Origin: Minisyncoccota bacterium
Lineage (GTDB): Bacteria > Patescibacteriota > Minisyncoccia > Phycocordibacterales > UBA9973
Length of the DNA stretch: 57,719 bases
Direction of reading: 5' to 3'
Assembly (NCBI GenBank): GCA_041659205.1
Contig: JBAZYS010000005.1
Span: 1-57,719, forward strand
Shown here piece by piece: positions 1-8,977 of the stretch. The translations under genes and the position numbers were made by a program. The notes beneath the pieces are model-generated. The model did no database searches, was not told the DNA's origin, and saw nothing but the letters and a program-made list of their open reading frames with translations. How positions within the stretch are numbered: the first letter of the stretch is position 1; each line of letters opens with the position of its first letter.

Positions 1-84
<84 letters not shown>

Positions 85-105
85 ATTGAGTATTTGATTC
101 TAAAC

Positions 106-133
106 AAAAAGGCCATATTGCATGGTCTTTTTT
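106..133 (+). terminator. Intrinsic terminator of the rRNA operon
   Basis: AAAAAGGCCA/TGGTCTTTTT stem followed by a T-tract. Confidence 0.7.
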
Positions 134-166
134 GTGTTGTGTTTGTGATAGTTGTATAATTAAAGC

Positions 167-448
167 ATGTTCCATTATGTGTATATCTTGGAAAGTAAAC
201 AAGATGGTGAGTTGTATATTGGTTGTACAAATGATCTTAAGAAAAGAATTAAGGAACATAATAATGGATTAGTGTTTTCAACCAAAATAAAGAAACCATA
301 TAGAATAATTCATTATGAAGCATTTTTAAATAAAAAAGATGCATTTCTTAGAGAAAAGTGGTTGAAAACAGGTTGGGGAAGAAATCAGATTAAAAAAAAT
401 TTAGAAAATTACTTAGCGGATATGAATCCGCCAAAACTTTCTAAATAA
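167..448 (+). CDS. Standalone GIY-YIG nuclease family protein
   Basis: YVYIL...LYIG, R-x-x-EHN and conserved Glu (LREKWLK); 93 aa. Confidence 0.9.
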   Translation: MFHYVYILESKQDGELYIGCTNDLKKRIKEHNNGLVFSTKIKKPYRIIHYEAFLNKKDAFLREKWLKTGWGRNQIKKNLENYLADMNPPKLSK

Positions 449-531
449 TATAACATTATCAATTAATTATATTTCTGTTACTTTATCCTTACTTAAAATA
501 ATAAGGGTAAGATAGTGGAAAGTTTAGGCGG

Positions 532-1143
532 ATGAAAAAGGAAAATGCATTGTTGATGAAGGAAGCGAGGGAAGCTCTTGTAGGGAAGTGGGGGTTAGCG
601 GTGGGAACTTTTTTTATTTATATATTAATCACTGGTATTTTAAATAAAATTCGTAATGTTGGTCCAGTTATATCTTTAATAATTGATGGACCACTAATGC
701 TCGGACTCGCAATGTTTTCACTTTCTCTTTCTAGAAAAAAGGATGCTAAATTCGAACAATTATTCGAAGGCTTTAAAAGATTTGGAAAATCACTTGTCGC
801 TTATTTATTAGTAATTATATTTTCTATTCTCTGGACTCTTCTCCTTATTGTTCCTGGAATTATTGCCGCAATATCATATTCTCAAACATTTTTTATTTTA
901 GTTGATGATGAAAATATAAGTGCCGGAGATGCTATAAAGAAAAGTAAAAAAATGATGTATGGCTATAAATGGAAATATTTCTATCTTGGTTGTAGATTTA
1001 TAGGATGGCTTTTACTTTCAATCTTGACCTTGGGTATAGGACTTTTGTGGCTAATACCTTATATTAATGTAACCTTAGCAAAGTTCTATGACGACCTTAA
1101 AGATAGTTCTGTTTCACCTGAGGTCGTACCTAATGTAGCCTAA
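532..1143 (+). CDS. DUF975-family integral membrane protein
   Basis: Multiple TM segments; LLIVPGII...YSQ and AIKKSKKMMYGYKWK motifs. Confidence 0.8.
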   Translation: MKKENALLMKEAREALVGKWGLAVGTFFIYILITGILNKIRNVGPVISLIIDGPLMLGLAMFSLSLSRKKDAKFEQLFEGFKRFGKSLVAYLLVIIFSILWTLLLIVPGIIAAISYSQTFFILVDDENISAGDAIKKSKKMMYGYKWKYFYLGCRFIGWLLLSILTLGIGLLWLIPYINVTLAKFYDDLKDSSVSPEVVPNVA

Positions 1144-1165
1144 ATTCTATTTTAAGCAATTTTTT

Positions 1166-1197
1166 CTAAAAAAGCCTTGAAATAAAGGCTTTTTTAG
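1166..1197. terminator. Intrinsic terminator (bidirectional type)
   Basis: Perfect 13-bp stem CTAAAAAAGCCTT/AAGGCTTTTTTAG. Confidence 0.75.
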
Positions 1198-1198
1198 C

Positions 1199-1227
1199 TT
1201 GACTTTTCGTGTTTTATGTGATAACAT
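1199..1227 (+). promoter_or_regulatory. Sigma70-type promoter of the GC-rich cassette
   Basis: TTGACT-17 bp-TAACAT with extended -10 TG. Confidence 0.6.
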
Positions 1228-1249
1228 ACTTACTAGAGGAGGGTTTTTT

Positions 1250-1360
1250 ATGAATCGAATAAAAAGGGTTCTCAAATGGACCCGAAGGACGGTGTACTTC
1301 ATCTGTTTTTTCTGGCTCGACCCAATCGTGGGTGCCTCAACCAAAGAGGAGAAATCATGA
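1250..1360 (+). CDS. Small hypothetical protein, 36 aa (MNRIKRVLKWTRRTVYFICFFWLDPIVGASTKEEKS); not in the ORF track
   Basis: GAGGAGG SD upstream; its stop overlaps the next start (ATGA). Confidence 0.5.
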   Translation: MNRIKRVLKWTRRTVYFICFFWLDPIVGASTKEEKS

Positions 1361-1662
1361 GTGAAATCAAGCAGTTGCTTCGAAAAGGTATTCGTTCTTC
1401 AGGTCCTTATACGGACCTGTACACGGTGAGAGAGGAGCCCGAACCCTTCTTGTCTTTCAAGAACGATGTGCTGAAAATCAATTTCAAGCCCATCGAAGAA
1501 TTCCTGGGGGAGGTTTTCAATCTCTCTCGTGCCCGCACGTGGGCCTTCATTTTCGTGGCCATTGTGGTCTTCGTTCTGTGGGGAATCCACAAAGTGGATT
1601 CGAACCTCCAGAGGGCCAAGGCCGAACATCGGGCACTGCAAGCCATCGGGCTTGCGGAATAA
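1357..1662 (+). CDS. Hypothetical membrane protein, 101 aa (start MSEIK)
   Basis: AGAGGAG SD before ATG 1357; one TM segment; GC-rich codon usage. Confidence 0.6.
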   Translation: MSEIKQLLRKGIRSSGPYTDLYTVREEPEPFLSFKNDVLKINFKPIEEFLGEVFNLSRARTWAFIFVAIVVFVLWGIHKVDSNLQRAKAEHRALQAIGLAE

Positions 1663-1679
1663 TTTTACGGGAGGTTCTC

Positions 1680-1859
1680 ATGGATTACTTCAATGTCTTA
1701 CTGGGAGTTAGCTCGTTGGTTCTCCTGGAGCTGACGATCTCTTTCTTCTGGTTGAACCAGGGCGCCTGGTTTCGCAAGAAATTTTCGGCAATGGGTACGT
1801 CCATAGCCGACTTTATCCTGAGGATTCTTCACATACCGTTCGTTCCTCCTCTTGTGTGA
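1680..1859 (+). CDS. Small hypothetical membrane protein, 59 aa (start MDYFN)
   Basis: GGGAGG SD before ATG 1680; hydrophobic N-terminus; terminator follows. Confidence 0.55.
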   Translation: MDYFNVLLGVSSLVLLELTISFFWLNQGAWFRKKFSAMGTSIADFILRILHIPFVPPLV

Positions 1860-1877
1860 GGGGGAACAAATCTTCTT

Positions 1878-1914
1878 GAGCTCGGCTCCTTCTTGGACCG
1901 GGCTTTTGTTTTTT
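1878..1914 (+). terminator. Intrinsic terminator closing the GC-rich cassette
   Basis: GAGCTCGG/CCGGGCTT stem plus T-tract. Confidence 0.65.
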
Positions 1915-1955
1915 AAAGCGTTTATTTTTTGAATTTTTAGTGCTATTATATCCTT

Positions 1956-2732
1956 ATGACATGGGCTCTGAAGCGACAGTTTTTTTATATAGCTATCCTT
2001 GTAGCATTTTTTTCAATATTGGCATTTTTGTTAATTTATCCAAGCCTTACTAAAGCACCGACCTGTAATGATCTTAAACAAAATGGAGATGAGACAGGTA
2101 TAGATAGTGGAGGTTCATGCTTAAATGCAGACCCCGCGAAAGTAGATGCAGTTTCAATTCTTTGGGCACGTGCTTTTAAGGTCGTCCCTGGACGTTATAA
2201 TGCTGTTGCTTATTTGGTAAATCATAATAAAAACGCAGCCGTAGGAAAAATTAATTATAGATTTCGTTTTGCTGATGCAAATAATATTTATATTGGGAAG
2301 AGAGAGGGAAGTACTTTTATACCTGCTGGGGGGAACTTCGCTGTTTTTGAACCAGGGATAGATATTGGGAATTCAATTCCAGTTTATGTAACTTTTGAAT
2401 TTACGCAAACACCACAATGGGTTCAAGTACCTCAGGATAAGATTGATCAATTAAAAGTGCTAGTTTCAAATATTCAGCTTGTAGATGAAACTTTTTCTCC
2501 CAAACTTTCTGCCACAATAAAAAATACATCACTTTTTCTGATTCCAAATGTAGATGTTATTGCACTTTTATATGATGCGCAAGGTAATGCTGTTTCAGCA
2601 AGTCGCACTTATTTAGATCAATTAAATCCTCTTCAAGTTTCAGATATTAATTTTACTTGGCCGGAACCTCTACCGGGGGTTGTTGTGGCAAAAGAAATAA
2701 TTCCCTTATACGATATCACTCTTAAGTATTAA
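1956..2732 (+). CDS. Hypothetical membrane-anchored protein (CPR-type; Cys motif CxDxxQNGDETGID)
   Basis: N-terminal TM, Cys-containing motif, beta-rich extracellular part. Confidence 0.75.
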   Translation: MTWALKRQFFYIAILVAFFSILAFLLIYPSLTKAPTCNDLKQNGDETGIDSGGSCLNADPAKVDAVSILWARAFKVVPGRYNAVAYLVNHNKNAAVGKINYRFRFADANNIYIGKREGSTFIPAGGNFAVFEPGIDIGNSIPVYVTFEFTQTPQWVQVPQDKIDQLKVLVSNIQLVDETFSPKLSATIKNTSLFLIPNVDVIALLYDAQGNAVSASRTYLDQLNPLQVSDINFTWPEPLPGVVVAKEIIPLYDITLKY

Positions 2733-2738
2733 TTTAAT

Positions 2739-3869
2739 ATGGCAGAAAAAGTTCTTAATAGAATAGACTGGCTGCTTGTTCTCTTTATAATGCCGATAAT
2801 TGCAGGAGGACTCGTTACAATGAAATCCTTTGCTCCACTTGAAGACGGAGGGAATTTTTTCAGTAAACAACTTATTTGGATTGTATTATCTTTAGTTGTT
2901 TTTTTTATTTTTTCTTTTATTGATTTTCGCTTTTTAAAACGCACGAATGTGTTAGTATTTTTATTCCTTTTCGTATCATTTTTATTGTTAGTTCTTCTAG
3001 TTTTAGGGAAGGTTTCTCATGGAGCTCAGAGTTGGTTTAGTTTTGGTTTATTTTCTTTTCAGCCAGTTGATATTATGAAATTAGTTTTGGTTTTAGTCTT
3101 GGCAAAGTATTTTTCTCGTCGCCATGTAGAAATTCGAGACATTAAGCATATTTTTATTTCTGGATTTTATGCTCTGGTTCCTTTGATTTTGGTTTTACTT
3201 CAGCCTGACTTCGGTTCAGCGATGATCATTCTCTGTGTTTGGATTGGGATGGTGCTTGTTTCTGGAATTTCTAAAGTTCATCTTTTTGCTGTTTTTGCTT
3301 CGGGACTTGTTATCTTTGTGACACTTTGGTTTTTTGTTTTTGCTCCATATCAAAAAGCTCGTATTTATAATTTTATAAATCCGCTCGCTGATATTCATAA
3401 AACTGGATACAATGTTTTTCAGTCCACCATTGCGGTGGGCTCAGGACAGCTCATGGGTAAAGGTTTAGGCTTCGGCACACAATCAAGATTAAAATTTTTA
3501 CCTGTTCCGCAGTCTGATTTCGTTTTTGCTGCTTTTTCTGAAGAGTGGGGATTTGTTGGTTCATTTTTAATTCTTTTTCTATATAGTTTGGTCATTTGGA
3601 GAATTTTATATTTTGCTTCCTTAGGGGCGTCAAATTTTGAAATACTTTTCGGTATGGGTATTGCAATATTTTTTATGAGTCACATACTCATAAATATTGG
3701 AATGAATCTGGGTTTGATGCCAGTTACAGGTATTCCGCTTCCTTTTATGAGTTATGGTGGTTCGCATTTATTGACTGAATTTGCTGGATTAGGTATTTTG
3801 ATGGGGATGCGCAAATATTCCAGGCCTGCCCATAGAGATGATATGAAGAATGAATTTTTGGGAATGTAA
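2739..3869 (+). CDS. rodA: Rod shape-determining protein RodA (SEDS family)
   Basis: GAQSW, FQPVDIMK, QPDFGSA, QSDFVFAAFSEEWG and PFMSYGGS motifs. Confidence 0.92.
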   Translation: MAEKVLNRIDWLLVLFIMPIIAGGLVTMKSFAPLEDGGNFFSKQLIWIVLSLVVFFIFSFIDFRFLKRTNVLVFLFLFVSFLLLVLLVLGKVSHGAQSWFSFGLFSFQPVDIMKLVLVLVLAKYFSRRHVEIRDIKHIFISGFYALVPLILVLLQPDFGSAMIILCVWIGMVLVSGISKVHLFAVFASGLVIFVTLWFFVFAPYQKARIYNFINPLADIHKTGYNVFQSTIAVGSGQLMGKGLGFGTQSRLKFLPVPQSDFVFAAFSEEWGFVGSFLILFLYSLVIWRILYFASLGASNFEILFGMGIAIFFMSHILINIGMNLGLMPVTGIPLPFMSYGGSHLLTEFAGLGILMGMRKYSRPAHRDDMKNEFLGM

Positions 3870-3876
3870 TGTTGTT

Positions 3877-3924
3877 GCCCCTATCCCAGGGATAAGGGAG
3901 TTCCCCTATCCCTGGGATAGGGGC
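3877..3924. repeat. Inverted doublet of the 21-bp palindrome CCCCTATCCCWGGGATAGGGG
   Basis: Copies at 3878-3898 (1 mismatch) and 3903-3923 (perfect), separated by AGTT. Confidence 0.9.
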
Positions 3925-3938
3925 AGAATTGAAACTGT

Positions 3939-4808
3939 ATGCAAATAATTGATGGAAAAAAAATAAGAGACGAGATTTTGGAAAAGGTAAAACAAGAAGT
4001 ATCTTCACTTTCTTTTCAGCCAATTTTTTGTGATGTCTTAGTGGGGGATGATCTTGCTTCAAAACAATATGTTCAAATGAAAGGACGCACAGCAGAGATT
4101 GTCGGTATTGCATTTCATACAGCAAATTTTCTTTCATCTATAAATACAAATGAACTTATAAAAGAGATAGAAGCTTTAAATAAAATGCCAAATATGTGCG
4201 GGATTATTATTCAGCTTCCACTACCATCACATATAGACAGACAAGCAGTACTTGATGCTATTGATCAAAAATTAGACGTAGATTGTTTAGGCACTATTGC
4301 CAGCCAAAAATTTTACAATAATTATGATAAAAAAAATGATTTAGCTTTTCCGACAGCGCTTGCTTCTTTAGCTGTTCTTGATTCATTAAATTTTGATAAT
4401 AATCCTTCGACTGCGCTCAGGACAAGAAAAATAGTTGTGTTGGGGCAGGGGATGTTGGTAGGTAAACCTGTCACAGCATTACTTCGTTCTCGTAATTTAT
4501 CACCCTTTACAGTTGATAGTAAAACGACAAATAAAGAAGAACTCATAAAAGATGCAGATATAATAATTTCAGGTTTGGGGAAGGGGGGATATATTACTGG
4601 TAATCTGATAAAAAAAGGGGCTATTTTGATAGATGCTGGAACTTTTGAAACTGAAGGTGGTATCATTGGAGACGTAGACCTAGAATCTGTTAAAGATATA
4701 GCTGGCTATGTTTCTCCAGTCCCAGGTGGTGTGGGTCCAGTAACCGTAGCGATGCTTCTTAATAATGTATTAACCGTAGCTAAGAGTCTTCCCCCACCCC
4801 AGGGATAG
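3939..4808 (+). CDS. folD: Bifunctional 5,10-methylene-THF dehydrogenase/cyclohydrolase
   Basis: IIDGK start, GIIIQLPLP, KLDVDCL and PVPGGVGPVTVAML motifs. Confidence 0.95.
   Translation: MQIIDGKKIRDEILEKVKQEVSSLSFQPIFCDVLVGDDLASKQYVQMKGRTAEIVGIAFHTANFLSSINTNELIKEIEALNKMPNMCGIIIQLPLPSHIDRQAVLDAIDQKLDVDCLGTIASQKFYNNYDKKNDLAFPTALASLAVLDSLNFDNNPSTALRTRKIVVLGQGMLVGKPVTALLRSRNLSPFTVDSKTTNKEELIKDADIIISGLGKGGYITGNLIKKGAILIDAGTFETEGGIIGDVDLESVKDIAGYVSPVPGGVGPVTVAMLLNNVLTVAKSLPPPQG
4403..4422. repeat. Short palindromic repeat TCCTTCGACTGCGCTCAGGA, in frame inside folD
   Basis: TCCT/AGGA arms around a TCGAC...GCTC core; encodes PSTALR. Confidence 0.65.
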
Positions 4809-4811
4809 GGG
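4791..4811. repeat. 21-bp palindrome copy supplying the folD C-terminus and stop codon
   Basis: CCCCCACCCCAGGGATAGGGG (2 mismatches to consensus); TAG at 4806-4808. Confidence 0.85.
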
Positions 4812-4823
4812 AAAAAATAATAT

Positions 4824-5375
4824 ATGAATAATACAATTTTTTTCTTTTTTTATAATTTAGCGCATCAATCAGCTTTTTTTGATAAGTTGATTATATTTTT
4901 AGGTTATATTTTTCCAATCTTGTTACTTTTTGGGATTGGTATTTTTGTTTTATTTGAATCTAATGTATTTAATAAAGAAGACTCTTTTTCTACTCGTTTT
5001 AAAAAGTTGTTTTTAAAATCTATTATTATTTGTGGTCCTGCAATAACTGCATATTTAATCGGGACACTTTTAAAAGAAATTATTCACCTTGATCGATCCT
5101 TTATTCAATTTAATGAGATAAAACCTTTATTTAACCCGACTCAGGAATATTCTTTTCCTTCTTCCCATGCTACAACATTTTCAGCTTTTGCTTTGAGTAT
5201 GTATTTTTATAATAAAAAAATTGGTGTTTTTCTTTTATTTTCTGCACTCTTGATAGGTATCATGCGTGTCATTGCTGGTGTACATTTTCCCCTAGATATT
5301 TTGGGCGGGTTTTTGTTGGGTTTTGCTATTAGTTATATTTTTAATTATCTCTTTAGGAAATATAAGTATATTTAA
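4824..5375 (+). CDS. PAP2-family phosphatase (BcrC/undecaprenyl-PP phosphatase-like)
   Basis: SFPSSHA and RVIAGVHFPLDILGG motifs. Confidence 0.88.
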   Translation: MNNTIFFFFYNLAHQSAFFDKLIIFLGYIFPILLLFGIGIFVLFESNVFNKEDSFSTRFKKLFLKSIIICGPAITAYLIGTLLKEIIHLDRSFIQFNEIKPLFNPTQEYSFPSSHATTFSAFALSMYFYNKKIGVFLLFSALLIGIMRVIAGVHFPLDILGGFLLGFAISYIFNYLFRKYKYI

Positions 5376-5378
5376 GTA

Positions 5379-5960
5379 ATGATTTTATCATTTATAGAAA
5401 ATTTAGGGTTACTTGGGATTTTTTCTGTCATATTCGCGGAGTCGGGACTTTTTTTCGGCTTCTTTTTCCCGGGAGATTCTCTTTTGTTTAGTGCTGGTCT
5501 TTTAGCTTCGGCGGGTTATTTCAATATTTTTTATTTATTTTTTGGATCTTTTTTGTGCGCAGTTTTGGGTGATAGTGTCGGATACTGGACGGGCAAGAAA
5601 TTGGGCCCCAGAATTTTTTCTAAACCAGATTCATTTTTCTTTAGTAAAAAAAATCTTGATAGAACTACTCAGTTTTATGATAAATACGGAAAGAAGACTA
5701 TTGTCTTGGCGCGCTTCGTGCCTATCGTGCGGACTTTTGCTCCGATATTGGCTGGAGCAGGGAGTATGAAATATAATAATTTTATTTTTTCTAATATACT
5801 CGGTGGTTTTTTGTGGACATTTTTAATTATTTTTGGTGGATACTTTTTAGGAAATTCTATTAAAAATATTGACCAATACATTTTACCCATAACGGCAATA
5901 ATCATATTTTTGTCTTTAATCCCGTTCTTTAACGAATTTCTAAGAAGAAAAAAAGTATAA
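5379..5960 (+). CDS. DedA/VTT-domain membrane protein
   Basis: FAESGL, PGDSLL, LARFVPIVRTF motifs. Confidence 0.92.
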   Translation: MILSFIENLGLLGIFSVIFAESGLFFGFFFPGDSLLFSAGLLASAGYFNIFYLFFGSFLCAVLGDSVGYWTGKKLGPRIFSKPDSFFFSKKNLDRTTQFYDKYGKKTIVLARFVPIVRTFAPILAGAGSMKYNNFIFSNILGGFLWTFLIIFGGYFLGNSIKNIDQYILPITAIIIFLSLIPFFNEFLRRKKV

Positions 5961-6020
5961 TTTAGTGTTTGGTTGAGATTTGCTTTTTATAATAAAAATG
6001 TATAGAATACGCTTATATTT

Positions 6021-7391
6021 ATGTTAAAAGCCTTTAAAAAAATAGTTTTAGCGTTATTAATACTTGTTCTCGGCGGGGGAATAGCCCTTTTTGTTTTTAA
6101 ATCAGAACCTAGATTAAACAAGAATTTTGCTAATACAAAGTCATTTCTCAAAAATCATCCATTTCGCTTAGGGCTTGATTTGTCTGGTGGTACCCATTTG
6201 ATATATAAAGCAGATACATCAGCAGTAGCAGCTGCGCAAGTTGGGGACTCAATGGCTGCACTTCGTGATATTATTGAGCGACGCATAAACCTCTTTGGAG
6301 TTTCTGAACCTGTCGTTCAGGTTCAACATGGTGGTTTCGTTTCTGGTGGGGGAGAACAATTGATTGTTGATCTTCCTGGTGTCACTGATGTAAAACAAGC
6401 TATCGATATGATTGGGCAAACACCTCTTCTAGAATTTAAAACTGAAGCTCCCAAAGGTTCTCCTCAAAAAGCGACAGTTGATAAAGATGGTAAAGTTTCC
6501 CTAGACATTGGTTCCCAATTTATTAATACTGAGCTCACGGGGCGATATTTACAAAAAGCAACTTTAGAATTTGATACTAATACTCGTGAGCCTAAAGTGA
6601 GTTTACAGTTCAATGATGTCGGCACAAAACTTTTCGCTCAAATCACAAAAGACAATGTCGGTAAAATGGTAGCAATTTATCTAGACGGGGCTCCGATATC
6701 TACGCCAGTTGTTCGTGAGGAAATTCCAAACGGGCAAGCTGTAATCTCTGGAAGCTTTACCCCAACAGAGGCAAAACAACTCGTCGGTAGATTAAATTCT
6801 GGTGCACTTCCTGTTCCAATAACCCTTCTCTCTACTCAAACCATTGGAGCTATCTTAGGAGATAGTGCAGTAAATGCTGGAGTGAAAGCAACTATTATTG
6901 GATTCTTACTTGTCGCACTTTTCCTTATTCTCTTATATCGTTTACCAGGATTGGTAGCAGTTGTTTCTCTTTCTATATTCGTAGCAATAATTTTAGCTCT
7001 TTTTAAATTATTGCCTGTTACCCTTACCGCTGCTGGTATCGCAGGATTTATAATTTCCATGGGTATTGCTGTTGATGCGAACGTGCTTATTTTTGAACGC
7101 ACGAAAGAAGAATTACGCACAGGACGAAGTATCACCGATGCTGTCTCTGTTGGTTTTTCTCGAGCCTGGGCTTCTATACGAGATTCAAATATTTCAAACT
7201 TTATTACAGCAGTTATTCTTTTCTGGTTTGGGACTTCCTTAATCAAAGGTTTTGCTTTAACTCTCGGTATGGGTGTTATCGTATCATTATTTAGTGCAAT
7301 TACTGCTACCAGAATTTTCCTCGGAGCACTTACTTTCATGGGTGAAGGAAAAGTTGCAAGATTTTTGTTTTCAAGTGGAACGAGTAAATAA
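6021..7391 (+). CDS. secD: Protein translocase subunit SecD
   Basis: RLGLDLSGG, GALPVP, VDANVLIFER motifs. Confidence 0.95.
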   Translation: MLKAFKKIVLALLILVLGGGIALFVFKSEPRLNKNFANTKSFLKNHPFRLGLDLSGGTHLIYKADTSAVAAAQVGDSMAALRDIIERRINLFGVSEPVVQVQHGGFVSGGGEQLIVDLPGVTDVKQAIDMIGQTPLLEFKTEAPKGSPQKATVDKDGKVSLDIGSQFINTELTGRYLQKATLEFDTNTREPKVSLQFNDVGTKLFAQITKDNVGKMVAIYLDGAPISTPVVREEIPNGQAVISGSFTPTEAKQLVGRLNSGALPVPITLLSTQTIGAILGDSAVNAGVKATIIGFLLVALFLILLYRLPGLVAVVSLSIFVAIILALFKLLPVTLTAAGIAGFIISMGIAVDANVLIFERTKEELRTGRSITDAVSVGFSRAWASIRDSNISNFITAVILFWFGTSLIKGFALTLGMGVIVSLFSAITATRIFLGALTFMGEGKVARFLFSSGTSK

Positions 7392-7406
7392 TTAAGAATA
7401 AAAAAT

Positions 7407-8309
7407 ATGTTTATTATAAAATACAAAAAAATATTTATCGGTATCTCAATAGCATTAGTTGTGCTTTCATTTGTTTCCTTCTTTATGTTTGGGCTAAATG
7501 TTGGTATCGATTTCAAAGGGGGGGGCTTGGTGGAAGTTGTATACAAAGATGCACGCCCAGCACAAGATGTATTAAGTGCACCTTTACTTTCTCTTGGCTT
7601 AGGGGCAGTTTCTCTCCAGCCGACAGGGGATTTAGGTTACCTCGTAAAAGCTCGTGATTTGACTGATACAGAACATACCGCACTTTTAAAAGCACTTTCG
7701 CAAGATAATAAAAGTGCCTTAACAGAAATGAGCTTCACTTCTATTGGGCCCTCAGTTGGGCTTGAGCTTACTCGAAAAGCTATTTTGGCTGTTATCTTAA
7801 TTTCTCTCGCAATTATTTGTTTTATTGCTTTCGCTTTTAGGAAAGTTTCTAAACCTGTTTCTTCTTGGAAATATGGATTAATTGCTATTGTTTCACTATT
7901 GCACGATGTGGTTATTCCAGTTGGTTTATTTGTTATACTTTCCCATTTTTACGGAGCGGAAGCGGATACACTCTTTGTGGTGGGAGTACTTACTATTCTT
8001 GGTCTTTCTGTTTCTGATACCATTGTTATTTTTGACAGAATTAGAGAAAATTTGAGAAATCAAGTAACGATTGCCAAGGTAAACTTCGGTGAAGTTGTTG
8101 GTAAAAGTTTGGAACAATCATACATTCGTTCTATTTGTACCTCTCTCACTGTTATCCTCGTGCTTTTAGCTTTATTCTTCTTTGGTCCTGTTTCTACAAA
8201 ATATTTCGCTCTTATGCTTACCGCGGGAATGTTCTTTGGAACATACTCTTCAATTTTCTTAGCTTCACCTCTACTTGTATTGGTAGAAGAGATGCAGAAC
8301 AAAAAATAG
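7407..8309 (+). CDS. secF: Protein translocase subunit SecF
   Basis: GIDFKGG, SIGPSVG, DTIVIFDRIRE motifs. Confidence 0.95.
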   Translation: MFIIKYKKIFIGISIALVVLSFVSFFMFGLNVGIDFKGGGLVEVVYKDARPAQDVLSAPLLSLGLGAVSLQPTGDLGYLVKARDLTDTEHTALLKALSQDNKSALTEMSFTSIGPSVGLELTRKAILAVILISLAIICFIAFAFRKVSKPVSSWKYGLIAIVSLLHDVVIPVGLFVILSHFYGAEADTLFVVGVLTILGLSVSDTIVIFDRIRENLRNQVTIAKVNFGEVVGKSLEQSYIRSICTSLTVILVLLALFFFGPVSTKYFALMLTAGMFFGTYSSIFLASPLLVLVEEMQNKK

Positions 8310-8402
8310 AAAAATTCTCTCTTGTTGGTTCTTGTGATATAATTAAATAGTTCTTGATTATTAATTAACTTGTCCTGCCATGGCGGGGTCAATATTATAT
8401 AT

Positions 8403-8954
8403 ATGAAATATCTTTGGATTTTACCGGGAGCTGTAGTTTTATGGGCTATTTTTGCTTTTAATCGTTTTGTCGCTCTTCGTAATCACGTAGAAGAAGCTTG
8501 GTCAGACATCGAGTCTCAATTAAAAAGAAGATACGATTTAATTCCAAACTTGGTAAATACAGCGAAGGGTTATGCAACACACGAGAGCACAGTTTTTGAT
8601 AATGTTACTAAGGCTCGTTCAGCAGCTATGGGCGCAGGAGGAAACATGGCTGATAAAGCTGGTGCAGAAAATATGTTGACTGGTGCACTTAAATCAGTTT
8701 TCGCAATATCTGAAGCATACCCAGAACTCAAAGCTAACCAAAACTTTTTGTCATTACAAAATGAACTTGCGGATACAGAAAATAAAATTCAGGCAGCAAG
8801 AAGGTTTTATAATACAAATGTTCGTGATTTAAACACAGGAATTCAAAGTTTTCCTGGAAACGTAATTGCTGGCTTGTTTAAGATTACTAAAAAAGAATTC
8901 TTTGATCTTGCAGACGATGATGTTGCGCAAAATAACGTAGAGGTAAAATTTTAA
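8403..8954 (+). CDS. lemA: LemA family protein (start re-assigned to ATG 8403)
   Basis: WSDIESQLKRRYDLIPNLV, YPELKANQNF, RRFYN motifs. Confidence 0.93.
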   Translation: MKYLWILPGAVVLWAIFAFNRFVALRNHVEEAWSDIESQLKRRYDLIPNLVNTAKGYATHESTVFDNVTKARSAAMGAGGNMADKAGAENMLTGALKSVFAISEAYPELKANQNFLSLQNELADTENKIQAARRFYNTNVRDLNTGIQSFPGNVIAGLFKITKKEFFDLADDDVAQNNVEVKF

Positions 8955-8977
8955 AAATAATTATAATACTATAATTT

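Noticed and set aside
6836-7546. Long antisense ORFs in the track (also 1399-1646, 4322-4666, 14788-15384, 19581-19988, 56559-57569 and others)
   Set aside because: Shadows of well-supported genes or tRNAs on the opposite strand, with no recognisable motifs
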